From the NCBI GenBank assembly GCA_054600435.1, contig BAAIJX010000038.1:62001-126000 (forward strand): a stretch of 64,000 bases of DNA. The letters are read 5' to 3'. The notes under the pieces are model-generated. The model worked only from the letters and a program-made list of their open reading frames with translations, was not told the DNA's origin and did not search any database. This document shows, one piece after another, positions 12,901 to 24,267 of the stretch. The first letter of the stretch is position 1; every line of letters begins with the position of its first letter. A program made the translations under genes and the position numbers. This stretch comes from Neophaeotheca triangularis (lineage: Eukaryota).

Positions 12901-15646
12901 GCTCGAACAGCTTCATCGAGTCAAGACCGCCGACGCGGATAACCTCCGGTCATTGAGCTCAGCCTGCAGTAGCGTGATTCCCATAGTGTCGGCCTATCAA
13001 AATGCGCAGCGCGTAGTGCTTAGCCGGCTCGAGAGCATGCATTCGAGTACCACGACCATGGCCGATTCTCTCGCGCGAACGTTCATTCGCCTCGGCAACC
13101 AAGGCTTCTGTACGCCACAAGAGAAGTCGTCTTCGACCGAGGACCAGAAGGGCGAGGCAGAAGCCGGCACTGGCTTGGGCGAGGGCGAGGCTGAAGGAGC
13201 CGAGGACATTAGCAAAGATGTCAAAGACGACGAGGATCTCTCGGAACTAGCTCAAGAGCCTCAGAGCAAGAAGGAGGACGGCGAGGAGGAGATCAAAGAC
13301 GAGAAGGATGCGGTCGACATGGCGGACCAGGAGATGGAGGGTGAAATGGGGGATGAAGGACCTGCTTCGGACGATGAGGGAGGAGGAGAGAGTGGCGGCA
13401 GTGACGCAGGTGACCAAGACATGGAGGAAGAGACAGGAGATGTTGACGAGAACGGACCGTCGGCGGTGGATGAGAAGATGTGGGACGATGGAAAGGCGGA
13501 AGACGAGAAGGAAAGGGAAGGCGATGCCGGCAAAGGCTCCGCGCCCGAAGATGACCTTGCTGCCTCCCGTGAAGCTGAGAACAAGGAGCAAGACAAGCAA
13601 GAGGGTGGCGAAGAAGAAGAGTTGGAGGCAGGCGCGGATGAGTCTGAAGAGGTCGGCCAACAGGATTCCGAGAAGCTTGATCAGCACCTTCAAGAGCAAG
13701 AGAATTTGGAGCTTCCGGAGGACCTTGATATCGAAGGCCAAAATGATGGGAAGGATGACGATCTAGACTTGGGTTCTGACGAAGGCGAAGATGAAAACAT
13801 GGAAGATGCAACTGGGGGTCAAGATGTTGATACTTCCGAGGAGCCTGCAAATGAGGAACCCGACAAGACTGAACAACAAGCATCCGAAGAGGATGATCTG
13901 CAACCTAATCAAGATGCCGAGCAAGATGAGGAGCAAGAGCACGATCTCGAAAACGAAGCCGAAGAAGACGCGGAAAGGAACATGTTGCAAGGCGAGCAGA
14001 ACGAGGACAATGAGGGTGACGAGGAGGACAAGGTGGTCGGCGACGAAGGCCAAGGACTCGACAAGGACACTTCGGAAGGTACAGCTGCGGCGGGAGAGGC
14101 AGCTCCTCAGGCCGACGACAATGACACTGAGCAAGACAATGGTGAATCTGATGCCCCTGCCGAAGGTGGTGCTAGCAAGACGGCCGGCGACAATGCGCCC
14201 TCTGCGGACCAGAACGATTCCGAAACCCGCAACAAGCAACCTTACCAGCAAATTGGCGATGCCCTTGACGAATGGTACAAACAGCATCGTCGTATCGAGG
14301 AAGCTAAAGAAGATCAGGCGCAGCAGCCGAATGCCGATGTTGACATGGCGGATGCACGTTTCGAGCACGTTGCCAATGACGAAGTGACGGCTGACACCCA
14401 AGCTCTGGGAGCTGCGTCGGCCGAACAGTCAACAGCCATCGAAGAAGACCAAGGCTTGTCAGTGAACGACGAAATGGAGCGAGACCAAATGCCATTCCAG
14501 GAGCCCGAGGAGGAGGCTACAGACCAGGATGCCGACGCCATTCCTGCCGATTCAATGGATCTGGACGTTGCCGATCGTCAAGAAGACCAGCCCAAAGCAT
14601 TTGTCGGTCAAAGCCAAAATCAAACCGACATGCAGGACGAGAAGATGGACGAGGGCAGTCCGCCTCCAGAAGAAGACGATGTTGAAGATGTCGATCAACA
14701 GCTGCTGGACACCCACATCTCGCGCGAGGACCAACCGGAGGAAGTATCTATGGAGGAGGCTCGTCAAATCTACGGCGAGCATGAGGCCAATACCCGAAAT
14801 TTGGCTCTCATGCTCACCGAGCACCTTCGCCTCATTCTACAACCCACTCAAGCTACGAAGATGCGCGGTGATTTCCGGACAGGCAAGCGGTTGAACATTA
14901 AGCGCATCATTCCGTATATCGCTTCTTCGTACAAGCGCGACAAGATTTGGATGAGGCGATCCGTACCCAGCAAGCGGAACTATCAAATCATGCTCGCTAT
15001 TGATGACTCCAAGTCCATGGCAGAGAGTGAGAGCCAGAAGCTGGCATTTTCCACTCTCGCGCTCATCTCAAAGAGCATGGCCATGCTCGAGGTCGGCGAG
15101 CTCTCCGTCGTCGGATTCGGCGAAGATATGAAAATGATCCACAACTTCGACTCACCCTGGACTTCGGACGCGGGTGCCGAAGCTTTCAAGAGCTTTACGT
15201 TCAGCCAGAGCAAAACGGACATCATCAAACTGCTTCGGGGTTCTCTAGAGGCTTTCCGTGAGGCTCGCCTCAAGGGAACGAGTTCAACAAGCCAGCTCTG
15301 GCAGCTCCAGCTCATCATCTCCGATGGCATGTGCGAAGACCACGCTACGATTCGCCAGTTGGTCCGTCAAGCGCACGAGGAGCAGATTATGATTGTGTTC
15401 ATTGTCGTCGATGCTGCCGCGATGGCGACGCAAGCGGGCAGCAAGGGCAATCAGAGCATACTTGACTTACAGAGGGCGGAGTTTGCGAAGGATCCCAATG
15501 GGGAACAGCGCGTGAAAATGATCAAGTACATGGATAGCTTCCCTTTCAATTACTACTTGGTTGTGAGGGATGTAGGGGAATTGCCGGGAGTTTTGGCTGG
15601 GGCGTTGAGGCAATGGTTTGCTGAGGTTGTTGATACGAGTAGCTAG
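956..15646 (+). CDS. MDN1: Midasin, dynein-related AAA+ ATPase for 60S maturation
   Basis: ~4900-aa ORF with six Walker A motifs (GLAGSGKT, GETGVGKT, GPTSSGKT, GETGCGKT, GSPGVGKT, GPSGSGKS), long helical linker, D/E-rich region and C-terminal VWA/MIDAS (IDDSKSM). Probable in-frame intron 8096-8155. Confidence 0.98.
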   Translation: MECDWENALLERAQQLPSELLDVIRDQNSSHERYLEAFTHATVVHNGRHLPQLLAHCDNLFPHICAVLSSRRSCTAAIATLGRLVPFAPYLAPYAHQVLSRADFAPNLEEPDGSDDDQVAILLGLFRLLSHDHCAFTKHIRPTQIHQLLASRNRPVVYLALRILQICLKGSDSWFEEMMRQHFGPDSPDGGIHGSYDDVSIDYRFLSLWEEDRNEKMQLASTEVTAQGDVIRSKSGRMLPSSCFHHSTALLGKILLPRTQSYNGSSDSLVWTETVQSNVQHIAQAIKSSSPMLLNGLAGSGKTLLIRHVARTVGKLDDMITLHLNDQSDAKLLVGIYTTGKTPGTFVWKAGVLTTAVMEGRWVLIEDLDRAPSHIISTLLPLIEKGELLVPGRKETIRAKEGFRIISTVRTTINHRGEESRPMPNMIGARHWQNVHLSLPSTGELQQTLSTLYPSLAPLMPQFLKAFERLQSWRQSATHAGQSRTGILRPVSPRDLMKWCSRVAKLLQGKPTFASTDLDDILLEAVDCFVGALPVGPVRSDMVSVIAQELHVDPQRCDFVINTREAPYAVEKTRIKLGRHVLPRSRTSPRANETQASFSTNPITSRMLERVAAAVINREPLLLVGETGVGKTTAVQHLASHLGKKLVPFNLSQQSEAGDLLGGFKPISARSLMVPMKDEFDELFSVGFSHSKNQSFRELLGKQFAKGNWKAVCKLWQQALKMVDQQRGTSPSKQGEAPAKKRKVDSGIDFARWDSFAVNVSDVTKRLSAGSEAFAFSFVEGTIVKAVRNGDWVLLDEINLASPDTLDALADLFDSTTPSLLLTEAGEVERIEAHPEFRVFAAMNPATDVGKKDLLPSVRSRFTELYVESPDKDIKSLQSIVRAYLRQDAVADTAIAYDVSLLYQKIQSLAEENKLVDGAGQKPHFSLRTLTRTLSYAKHIAPMCSLRRALYEGFQMSFLTFLDLESETLVQPLLEQQLLSKRVNVRAELKKPLRKPSDEHDYAQGFPGSKHWIRQGAFEAEEQPQYIITPFIQRNLENLVRATSTRQFPVLIQGPTSSGKTSMVEYLAKRTGNKFVRVNNHEHTDLQEYLGTYISGSDGRLQFQEGVLVKALREGHWIVLDELNLAPTDVLEAFNRLLDDNRELLIPETQEIVRPHTNFMLFATQNPAGLYGGRKTLSRAFRNRFLELHFDDIPVDELQEILHRRTQQPESRCKRIVTVYRELSVLRQENRLFEQKSFATLRDLFRWAMRPNDTIEQLAANGFMLLAERVRKPEERAVLKNIIEKQMSARGPKVTIDEDALYSTQANEIQQYNSHASSQGVVWTKAMRRLYVLVARAIENNEPVLLVGETGCGKTTVCQMLAEAFGKELNAVNAHQNTETGDLIGSQRPVRNRAAIEAELRKLVLVSAPLQGSQTGGSVATDELLVLYDRAISSRHGPEKQAYVTSDHHALIESLRVRYKALFEWQDGSLVQAMRSGSFFLLDEISLADDSVLERINSVLEAQRSILLAEKGSLDSFITAASGFQFFATMNPGGDYGKRELSPALRNRFTEIWVPSLSDQEDIFQILQARLSPAAKSYAEAMVSFAVWFKERYNTSASSSVSIRDTLAWVAFVNAATDENIGQAVVHGAAMVYTDTLGANPAGLMTLTGRGLDEERRAAIDELSRLLQIDVATIYHDSVKVVQGQQSLIVGPFSIPCYTPVDTPDPTFSFEAPTTRLNALRVVRALQLSKPVMLEGSPGVGKTALVGAIAASVGMPLVRINLSEQTDLMDLFGSDVPVEGAETGAFRWRDAPFLHAMKTGEWVLLDEMNLASQSVLEGLNACLDHRGEVYIPEIDQSFTRHPSFRLFAAQNPHHQGGGRKGLPASFVNRFTVVYADAFRAEDMLLICQRAFPNLPVESIGKAVGFVEKLEYEVAHRRRFGSQGGPWEFNLRDIFRWLTLSSSDKGLLKAGNARDFVHLLFSRRFRSTSDRALLDQLFDSIYHDTPYATDLSCSTSPLVIQAGLGTIARNELESVPLAKKSPPSRDQLEVLQSLMLCIQQSWPVILSGPSGSGKSSLVERLAAATGAPLVVFPMNAETDAMDLVGGYEQADPGRKVLQAFNQLRRVLERHSKQRMMSSTNAEKLLLTVERAGLGTELAPRDTALLESTLALLENPEVEALWNIVKSAPKQVEKARFEWIDGVLVDALERGEWLVLDNANLCSPSVLDRLNSLLERNGALIINEHADHDGSPRVIKPHPGFRIFLTTDPRYGELSRAMRNRAVELFMPQAASQDASLLCDPLFAESAVAAFRNVKSLSQHRPSFDGRLGGMVFDHLPQAQLKLISRLQSQLDAGLYSSQQQPPLRLPLQHANIVTQLNPEILDASASILGHTQMSADYANVQVSSSAPPVSERKADGKCFFQTLHPLNNQPFVQQSQHAVTRALQAGFSFDLVWELSGLKLLLDESRANSATVSRLKGIERSVLKLAKTKSGNSALLQMLEHLLQGMLHFTQDPVALFEQSSLSSSDESSAAISQLLAALALKAVTAWKMLFETAHDDAFDGAVFNACVTTIEQGLSRAIAAAPSSNTQVTNRLQEAIAGLRNHSNTGWGLACTALWLACRPKTPKTIQQLDALLRLEAAADRFDETAAKYSAPLDKLAATRVSFQRALRLAQAGEGAVDDLLERLEGSLQTAPNLSPEAPEVDPRPHYASVFATLSARFQTQQAASRQNLSEEELSLLEMLAGKVTKTAGPSMLVLPLNGPEKAMEVGSAGSGGAFHLHEMLMRHAASTDNVSLGKLELLRSETNVLGRVLASKTHDICAEELESLDAILAQQLGDILRTLTGAEVDALSRQAAQLLVKLDPEASSGVTDLTPSEPPYQSEPLLAEALQCLAVVTNYLCSDSQNIQRQRSAAGRAWLSFGIGCLMLYVPDSVFDPSLKPRLERDLHRRSQAHLAGRLNALNAFNALTNGSASSLRSRILEGTAQQLGEEPSAVEVCRPEKSQLSQLHGELAALKRALASVIRAQNINGTGDAATWNNILNIRQRLSEYYRAYMDFTAPIVGFIDGLCTGRDLIQQAALDEETESSALALSKVVPLRNASLATWLSDDSFVYALRESRTPQQAVHCLTALAARCTLKALSKASLELRDAVNDQLSRIYQLWRSELSIDQRQASAKSSLYRYKGDADVNEDETAAEEMEELFPSYEQQSTSRQAAEAGSKKTAQSLAPTLARIHRAIFAPAEANPETLLALLQNTREACADSSLSSSIPAMIDLLQAQVSQLSPAERPERSYNIYRDANIHEATKLVNLVNTTVKRFQELHAAWPEHATPFEVLRTCEQILQLSHASPVARLLQLVEKLHGAVNEWQKVASREYSVYTILEDLTSLIISWRQLELSTWAGLFDHETSRCEEEVSSWWYVAYESIIAVLESLETSEDALCRHTAQLLETLSGLLTTSGLGEYTSRLNLLRSFRAHLESLATDRPVLGVVHSGLSNLIAYYGHFEDPAKKALEDGQAGLTKDMKSVLQVASWKDRNIETLRQSAKASHKKLLRMVRKYRNLLGQPVQPIISSGIPEMKIDKDLPSQLRVLQAEEDLARNEIQITLPAWTERSARFKNVTTTAGMIQNRATLAMEPIDASKRLDDFMSSVTSGMAELQKATPANLTAKNKAFVGHLKTRKRRLLADVLKDLRAMGFQASLSENALSRQRSLSVVLAGLSALDASRSSNHQHAAEHNFHRLLDAMPAVREVARQHSDDLTPAEISRCVSYLESMLQVSATQRSSLAVHVLAANKLDSVIDTMMAFSRSGNVCIAERSGKFTLSSTEISSLLTVVRAVLQLVEIQAKLAGSQYSAVEQGMTQWLESTAALALQLSAAPELPSGLDTDGRKSLQLQIGDRVRDLEGKVTEWSGSHPELAPLLSQLHAWVPSFTPGHSQLQATGQVSMSDNDWLQKLLITLDHMLVAVQNIKPAEEEQDSSRATWLLDQQQEASKALHQLQAMRVPRALEQLLEQLHRVKTADADNLRSLSSACSSVIPIVSAYQNAQRVVLSRLESMHSSTTTMADSLARTFIRLGNQGFCTPQEKSSSTEDQKGEAEAGTGLGEGEAEGAEDISKDVKDDEDLSELAQEPQSKKEDGEEEIKDEKDAVDMADQEMEGEMGDEGPASDDEGGGESGGSDAGDQDMEEETGDVDENGPSAVDEKMWDDGKAEDEKEREGDAGKGSAPEDDLAASREAENKEQDKQEGGEEEELEAGADESEEVGQQDSEKLDQHLQEQENLELPEDLDIEGQNDGKDDDLDLGSDEGEDENMEDATGGQDVDTSEEPANEEPDKTEQQASEEDDLQPNQDAEQDEEQEHDLENEAEEDAERNMLQGEQNEDNEGDEEDKVVGDEGQGLDKDTSEGTAAAGEAAPQADDNDTEQDNGESDAPAEGGASKTAGDNAPSADQNDSETRNKQPYQQIGDALDEWYKQHRRIEEAKEDQAQQPNADVDMADARFEHVANDEVTADTQALGAASAEQSTAIEEDQGLSVNDEMERDQMPFQEPEEEATDQDADAIPADSMDLDVADRQEDQPKAFVGQSQNQTDMQDEKMDEGSPPPEEDDVEDVDQQLLDTHISREDQPEEVSMEEARQIYGEHEANTRNLALMLTEHLRLILQPTQATKMRGDFRTGKRLNIKRIIPYIASSYKRDKIWMRRSVPSKRNYQIMLAIDDSKSMAESESQKLAFSTLALISKSMAMLEVGELSVVGFGEDMKMIHNFDSPWTSDAGAEAFKSFTFSQSKTDIIKLLRGSLEAFREARLKGTSSTSQLWQLQLIISDGMCEDHATIRQLVRQAHEEQIMIVFIVVDAAAMATQAGSKGNQSILDLQRAEFAKDPNGEQRVKMIKYMDSFPFNYYLVVRDVGELPGVLAGALRQWFAEVVDTSS

Positions 15647-16018
15647 GGAGTTTGTGTGCAAAGGGTGTCATTAGCATTAGCTCGTTGTTGATATTACTGT
15701 ATAATTACTCGATTGCCCTCTGCTCATCCACTATGAGGTTCATGAGGTGTATCTACCTACACTGCACCGGTGCTTTGTAAGTTGTCGGTTTAAAAGATGT
15801 GAAAAGTGGAGACCCTCGGTATAATGAGGAGATGACGTCGCATTGAAGCATTACCCAGACTACATATCATCAAAGGTGTGCATAACCTTATTAGAAACAA
15901 TAATGATGTCTTTTCTTCATATCTTTGGATTATTCTAGCAACGTCACTTGGGTTGATTAGCAATACAGGTAGGTATCCACTGCCACCTATAAGGAACGTA
16001 ACATACCAAAAAACGCAC

Positions 16019-17263
16019 ATGACCTCTGCAATCAAACGCCTCACTTCAATCACATCGCAACTCCGACCATACTCAACTACTCCCTCACATTCAACGATAA
16101 TGAGCACCATGAAAGAAGCCATCGTCTCCGCCGGCCCGTCCGTCAAGATCGTCGACTCCCCAATCCCTAAACCAGGGCCCGATCAGATCGTGACCAAGGT
16201 CGTCTTCAGCGGCAGCAACCCCAAGGACTGGAAGATATCCGGTACATACGACTGGCCCGCCCCTTTGTACAAATGAGCAGATTACTTACCAGGCAACGCA
16301 CAGAGATGATGCCCAACATGCCCAACGCCGTCTCCAACCAAGGCGACGACATTAGCGGTATCGTCCACGAAGTCGGCGAAAACGTTTCCGAGTTCAAAAA
16401 GGGTGACAGAGTCGCTGCTTTCCACGAGATGATGACGTCCGGTGGCAGCTACGCAGAGTACGCTGTGAGCTGGAAGCACACCACCTTCTTCCTGCCCAAG
16501 AAGAACAGTTTTGAGGGTACGAGGGAAGCAAAAGACCAATCCAGCATCGGCCCTGCTAACCATCAACACCACAGAGGGCGCCGCCTTGCCACTCGCCGCC
16601 ATGACCAGCGCAGTCGGCCTCTACGCCCGCCTCCACCTACCCGCCCCCTGGCTCCCAGCCCAAGATTCCGAAAAGACGCCACTCGTCATCTACGGCGCCT
16701 CCTCCGCCGTCGGCTACTACGCACTACAACTCGCCCGCAAATCCAACGTGCACCCGCTGATTTGCGTGGCGGGCCGTGCGTCCGCACACGTAGAGCAGCA
16801 GCTCGACCGCAGCAAGGGCGACACCATCGTCGACTACCGCAACGGCGACGAGGCGGTCGTCAACGGCATCAAGGACGCTCTCAACGGCGCTAAACTCTAC
16901 CACGTCTTCGACGCCGTTAGCGAAAAGGGCAGCGTCGAGAACAATGCCCAGGTGCTGCAGTCGGATGGCGGCAAGATCACTTTCGTCCTGCCCGGGCGCG
17001 AGTACCCCGGTTTCGCCGACTCGGTTGACAAGACCACGACGACTGTTGGCGACGTGCACGGTCCGTTGAAGGACTTTGGGTACGTTTACTTCAGATACCT
17101 GTCCAAGGGTCTTGAGGATGGGTGGTTCCGGCCGCAGCCGCAGGAGATCGTTCCCGGTGGTCTCGAGGGCGTGGAGAAGGGTTTGGCGAACCTCAAGGAC
17201 GGCACTGCGAGCGCTGTCAAGTATGTCTTCAAGATTGAGGACACCCCTGGTGTCGGGAAGTAG
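16019..17263 (+). CDS. Medium-chain dehydrogenase/reductase (quinone oxidoreductase / enoyl-reductase-like), 3 exons
   Basis: Introns 16242-16303 and 16517-16574 give 'NPKDWK', 'GDDISGIVHEVG', 'GGSYAEY' and nucleotide-binding 'YGASSAVG'. Alternative in-frame ATGs at 16100 and 16109. Confidence 0.9.
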
Positions 17264-17944
17264 AGGTGTCGTTAAAGTTTATGTGCGTAATGAGACATTT
17301 GACACGACGTCTATTCTTGAGACGGCATTCTAGATCTGCGGTAAGAATGTTCACGAGGACCTTGTTGTCAGATAGCTGTGGCTAGCAGCTTTCGTGGACG
17401 AAAATGCTTAGTCGAACGGCCATCCGTTGCGCACAAGCGTCTAGACGTTCGTATCTTCTGCAGATGAGTGAAATGAGTAATCAAATCAGAGCCTTTTCTC
17501 GACATTCAATCGCATTTCCACAACTATTCTAGCGCTCCAACAGCAGGGGGCGCTGCTTGCCTCGCCAGTTAATGTTAATGATACAGTAAAAACACAAGCC
17601 GAGCAGCGGCATCGAGGTCAGCGCTAGTAGCAGCAGAAGTAGCGGGCGCTGAGGCAGCCACATTCGTGAAGAAGGTCGAAACCCGCTTTGGACTTCTGCT
17701 GCCACTTGACTTTCACCCAGCTGCCCAGCCGAGAACAAACCAGCTCTCGTAAAACCCGCTTTGACCTCTTCATGTTTAGGCTCAAACTACTGCATGCAAG
17801 CCACAGCACGTGAGCTGCGAGAGGAGGTGAACTGCAAGCTATGCGGCTCACATCATGCAATGACCCATAACATGCAATCCATCCCTCCCACAGCATACCT
17901 CTCCGGGTCCAACTAGGCCCGCCAAGTCACATCTCAAAGCCCCT

Positions 17945-20900
17945 TTAACGTCCCCCAATCTCATCCTCATACCGATAACTGATCCTTCTCCTCCTCCCAC
18001 CACTCTCCCTCCCATCTCTGCCACCGCCCTCCTCTCTTCCCCTCTTAACACCCCCGCCGCCACCCCCACCCGCGCCCTCGGCAAACCTCGCCTCCCTCTC
18101 TCTCTGTCGCTTAGCCCTCTCCTCGGCATAAGGATCCCCGGACCCAGCAGCGCCTCCAGAAACCCCGGCAGCTACGGTCGAAGAAGGCGGCGGCATGGCG
18201 TCCCCATCGGCAGTAGCCCCGGAAGCGGATTTCGAGCCTTTGATCTTGAACCCCACTTCGTCGTCGCGGTCGGGTTTGGTCGAGCGGCGGGAGGAACTGG
18301 TAGTAGTAGCGGGGTCATCAGCGCGGGAGCGGCGAGAAGACCGGTGCGACTCTTTATCTTTGTCTTTGGAAGACGTCTCGTAGTCGTCGCGGTCGCGGCG
18401 CGTGGACTTGCGGTAGCCGCTACCGCGGGACTCGGCTTGGTCGTCATCGTAGTAGCGGTCGCGATCGCGATCGCGGTCACGGCGGGAGGTGGAAGTGGCG
18501 TATTTCTCGTCTTCGGGGTCGATGGGGGAAGCGGAGCGGTGGCGACGGCGGCGCTTATCGCCACGGCTACGGTCGCGGCGCGATGAGCGGTGTTTGTCGT
18601 CTTTGTGAGAGCTGCGACGGTGGGCACGGCGGCTACTGGAGTCGTCGGCGGGGGACGATGAGCGGGAGCGAGGTTTTTTGCTTGCGCTTTCGCTTTCCAA
18701 CAAATAGGCGTCGCGCTCTTTGCGCTTACGTCGCTCGCGTTCGCGATCTTTGCGGCGTGCACGCGTTTCCTCGCTTTCGTAGTCGACGCTTGTAGAACGG
18801 TGACGGTGGCGGCGGCTGCGATGAGTAGAGCGCGATGGAGAGCGATGGTCGCGGTCACGGTCTTGGTCGGGCTCGTCACGGTCGCGGGTTCTATCGCGGT
18901 CTTCCTCTGGTTCACGTGGGGCTTCGGAGACTTGTCGAGCTGGCCCGGTGGGTACGTGACCACCACGAGGTGCAAATCCTACATTCGGCCTGCCCTCACG
19001 GAATGCTTTCGGACCTGTGGGTGCACCAGCTGGAGGAGCGGGCATGCTGTGAGCGTCTGTCATTCCTCCGTACCCACCACGACCGCGGAAGCCACCATAT
19101 CCACCACGCGCGCCGCCTGCTTGCATACCACTTAAGAAGGGAGTCCCGCCATACGCCGTCGGGTTGTTGGAGCGAAATCCGCCTTCTGTCTGCGTCATTT
19201 GTGAAGGTGTCATGCTCGTGCCGTGCATGCCCCTTGCCAGTTCGTCATCTGCAGCGCTGTTCTTGACAAGAGGTTCGTTCGGGTTGGGCTCGATAGATGC
19301 TGTGACGGATTCGCCTCTTAGCCGACTGAGCCTCCGCAAATTCTCAACGGTCAACCTACCTTGAGCTTGCGTCGAGCCAGCGTCTTGCTTCTCCTCTTCA
19401 TCGCCTGGCAACTTTCTCTCCTGTAAATCTCCTGCCTCACTTTGATGAGGGTTAGCTGGGTCAACAGGCGGGTTTTGCTCGTCTTTGTTCTCTTGCCTCG
19501 AATCTCTGGAAGCAGCATTCTCGCCTTGAGGTCCACGGTAATCCTGATAAGTGGGCGAGCCTCGACGACCCTCCTCAGGAGCTTCGGCTTGTGGGGTGTT
19601 GTTGTCCTGCACGCCACTGCGGAGGTCACTTTGCTGCTGCTGGGCTTGGCCATGCACAAAGCCTGGACCTTGGTAATGGCCTTGGTTGAACTGATTGTGC
19701 TGGTTGAACTGGCCGTAGCCGCCACGACCGCCACGGTTGAATCCATACCCACCGCGGCCTCGACCGCCTCGACCATATGGCCTGTTGCCGTGATGGTAAC
19801 CACGATCATGAGGGAACTGGTTGGACATGTGATTTCCGAAATTGTTATATCCACCCTGATGTGGGAAGAAACCAGGTCCACCATTCATGCCCATACCAGA
19901 CATACCGTTGTCAAAGCCACCCATACCCATCATACCGCCGCCCATCATGTTCATGTTCATGTTCATGCCATTCATTCCGTTCATGCCGCCAAAGCCATTG
20001 TTGAACATCATGGAAGGATCCATCATGCCGGGGTCTGCAGAGAAAAAGTTAGCGGCATGTTTACGACTGCGCCTGAAGGCGGATTTGCGAGCTTTCTTAC
20101 TCATGAAATTGTTTCCCATCATGTTGCCACCGAAAGGCATGCCCATACCGCCTTGCATGTTGGCCATCGGGTTGAAGTTATTCATGTTGAAGCCCCCCAT
20201 CCCCATGTTGCCAAAGCCGGCCTGTTGATTCTGATCGTAGCCGTAGCCGCCGTGCTGCTGTCCGTTGCTGAGCGATTCATCTTGTTGGTTCTGCTCGTAC
20301 TGCTCCGGGGCTTGCTGTTCGGTTTCGACTTCGTTCTGGCCTTGTATGGCCTCCTCATCCATGTCGACTTTGATTTGGGTGTCATCGGAGCCCGCGTCGC
20401 TGTGATCCTGTGCGCCCTCGGGAATATTTGTGGCGACTTCTCCTTCAGTCTGCATGGCCTGGTCCCCTTCGTTCGTGGCCTGAGGCTGGTGCGAAGTCAG
20501 TAAGCTCCCTGCGCGGTGCAGTTGGAAACTGCGTCTTACCTCGTTGGCAGATCCAGCAGAAGCTTGCTCAGCTTGTCCTAGAACTTGTACAGCAGCATCC
20601 TCACCAGGCGCGGCAACCTCAGTGTCTCCATTCTGTTCTGACACCTCCGCAATAGGAGCAGGGGTTTCTGAAGGCCGAGCAGCTGGTGTCTCCGAAGTGA
20701 CGTCTGCAGCAGCTGGAGCCTGAGCGGCCGCCTCCTTCAGCGCCTTGTTCTCTCTTTTCTTGGCTTGTGTCTTGACAAAAGCCTTGCCGGTTTTGCGCTC
20801 GCTTTTGTTGATGGAGCAGCTGTCGGGAGTCACGGGTGAATGCTCGCATACTGGACATGAGTCGTGTAGATTCTGCTGGCCTGGGCAACTGTTAGTACTT

Positions 20901-21145
20901 TGATGGACGTCTTAGGTAGACTGTGCAAGACTCACAGGTCTGGCAGATGGACTGATCGCAGCAAGGAAGCCTAAAGGCGTTGACGGCGAATTTGTTGCAA
21001 CCCGCGCATCGCAGCTTGGTTGGGATTTCGTCGTAGCTCAGGGAACTGTAGGATGTTGTTAGGGGTTGACAGCGCGAACGAGAGAGCGTTTGGGTACTCA
21101 CTTGACCAGCTCAATTGCCGCATCGTCCAATGTGAGTGAAGCCAT
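17945..21145 (-). CDS. RING-finger protein (C4C4, RBBP6/Mpe1-like spacing) with M/G/N-rich, RGG and RS/RD-rich low-complexity regions; probably RNA-processing related; 6 exons
   Basis: ATG 21145; introns 21046-21101, 20881-20935, 20486-20539, 20035-20100, 19300-19359. Spliced N-terminus reads CAGC-x11-CC-x4-CQTC-x7-CPVC; RGG boxes; 'APTGPKA'; long RS/RD tail. Confidence 0.8.
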
Positions 21146-21683
21146 GGTGGAAGGTGGAGTGTGTGAGGTTGCGGTTCTCCAGGCAGACACCTGAGTTTCT
21201 GTGCTTGAAACACACGAGGTTTCGAGGCTTAGGTGGGTGCCATGAACGGTCTTCTTCCTCTGAACTCTCCGTGCGCGAGATCAGAAATGCTTCAACTTGA
21301 GTCTCCAGTGGCGGAAATAGCGGTGAGATCAAGTGAAGTTTTGCGCGCGGTGGAAGATGTGCCTGTTTGGAAAGTTAGGTTGCATGTAGTAGTAGTGAGC
21401 TTCCGGAGCTTGAAGCTTCTAAGTCAGCGCCAAGACTGTTCAATCTTATCTTATCTTCAATCGCGGGACTCCATCTTGGAACAGCTACTCGCCTGCATGA
21501 TTGGATCTAGCAATAAAGTGGGCTGTCTTCAAGACAGTAGGGCACGCAGCGTGTGACTAGGACTACGGGCTTAAAAACAAAGGCATAACAATATCTACAA
21601 TTGAGGTCTATCTGGAGGTGCTGTCTGTCCTCTCCCTGGTCGAATCCTCAAGACTTCGTGCCTCCCTCCTGATCTTCGCGTTT

Positions 21684-23528
<1,845 letters not shown>

Positions 23529-24229
23529 GTTGGAAAGAAAGAAGAAAAGAAGAATGAGGGGACGGTGCTTGCTTGAGGTGAAGTCAACGAGTTTGTTGGC
23601 CCGTGAGGTGCATTGGTCTTATACTCGTGCAATCCATTCTGAGGATGCAAGCGTAAAACTAGTCGTCTGTGTGTCTATGTGATGAGAACGATCGAGCGTT
23701 TCATGCGTCCGTTTGAGGACTTGATGGCATTTCTGCGGAGATTATTGCTTGTCACAGGTCAACATAGACAGGATGCCTGGGGCAGCCAATGTACCCATGG
23801 TATGTTGGGAGCGAGACACCAGAGATGCTCTCGACAATACCTCTAATATCGAAGATGCCGCCATCGGCTGTTCCGTCCTCTTCACTGGAGACCAGAGGCG
23901 TCATATGTAGGCGAAAGTGACGGGATGTCCTGGCAGATGTCTCACACAGCTGTCTGGGCAACACCAGTAGCCGCCGCCTGGTACTGACTGTCAGGATGTG
24001 CATGTCGAGTCCCTCAGTGGAAGCAGTCGGGCATTTGGTGGCAAAGACATCTCGAGACACGAGTTTCGGAGAAGAAACGAGCGTAAGGGTGTCGCGACAA
24101 ACCTAAGTCGACCTCATGTTTCGAAGACCGCCCCGAACCTGACGGGGAATGCCATGGCAGTGAGGTGGAGACGGAGGTGTGCTGACTAATGCGCTGCACC
24201 GAGGCCCGGGCCCCAACCTAAAATTTTCC

Positions 24230-24267
24230 CTTATCATTCCTTATCATGTTGACCTTATCATGTTATC
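24230..24267. promoter_or_regulatory. Cluster of four TTATC (GATAA reverse) motifs, candidate GATA-factor sites
   Basis: CTTATC at 24230, 24240 and 24254 and TTATC at 24263, in the divergent intergenic region between two hydrolase genes. Confidence 0.35.

Noticed and set aside
13247..14401. Several overlapping ORFs within the midasin acidic region
   Set aside because: Alternate-frame and antisense artefacts of GAR/GAY-rich coding sequence.
19442..20503. 353-aa plus-strand ORF
   Set aside because: Antisense shadow of the low-complexity RING/RS gene; His/Val-rich translation typical of the reverse frame.
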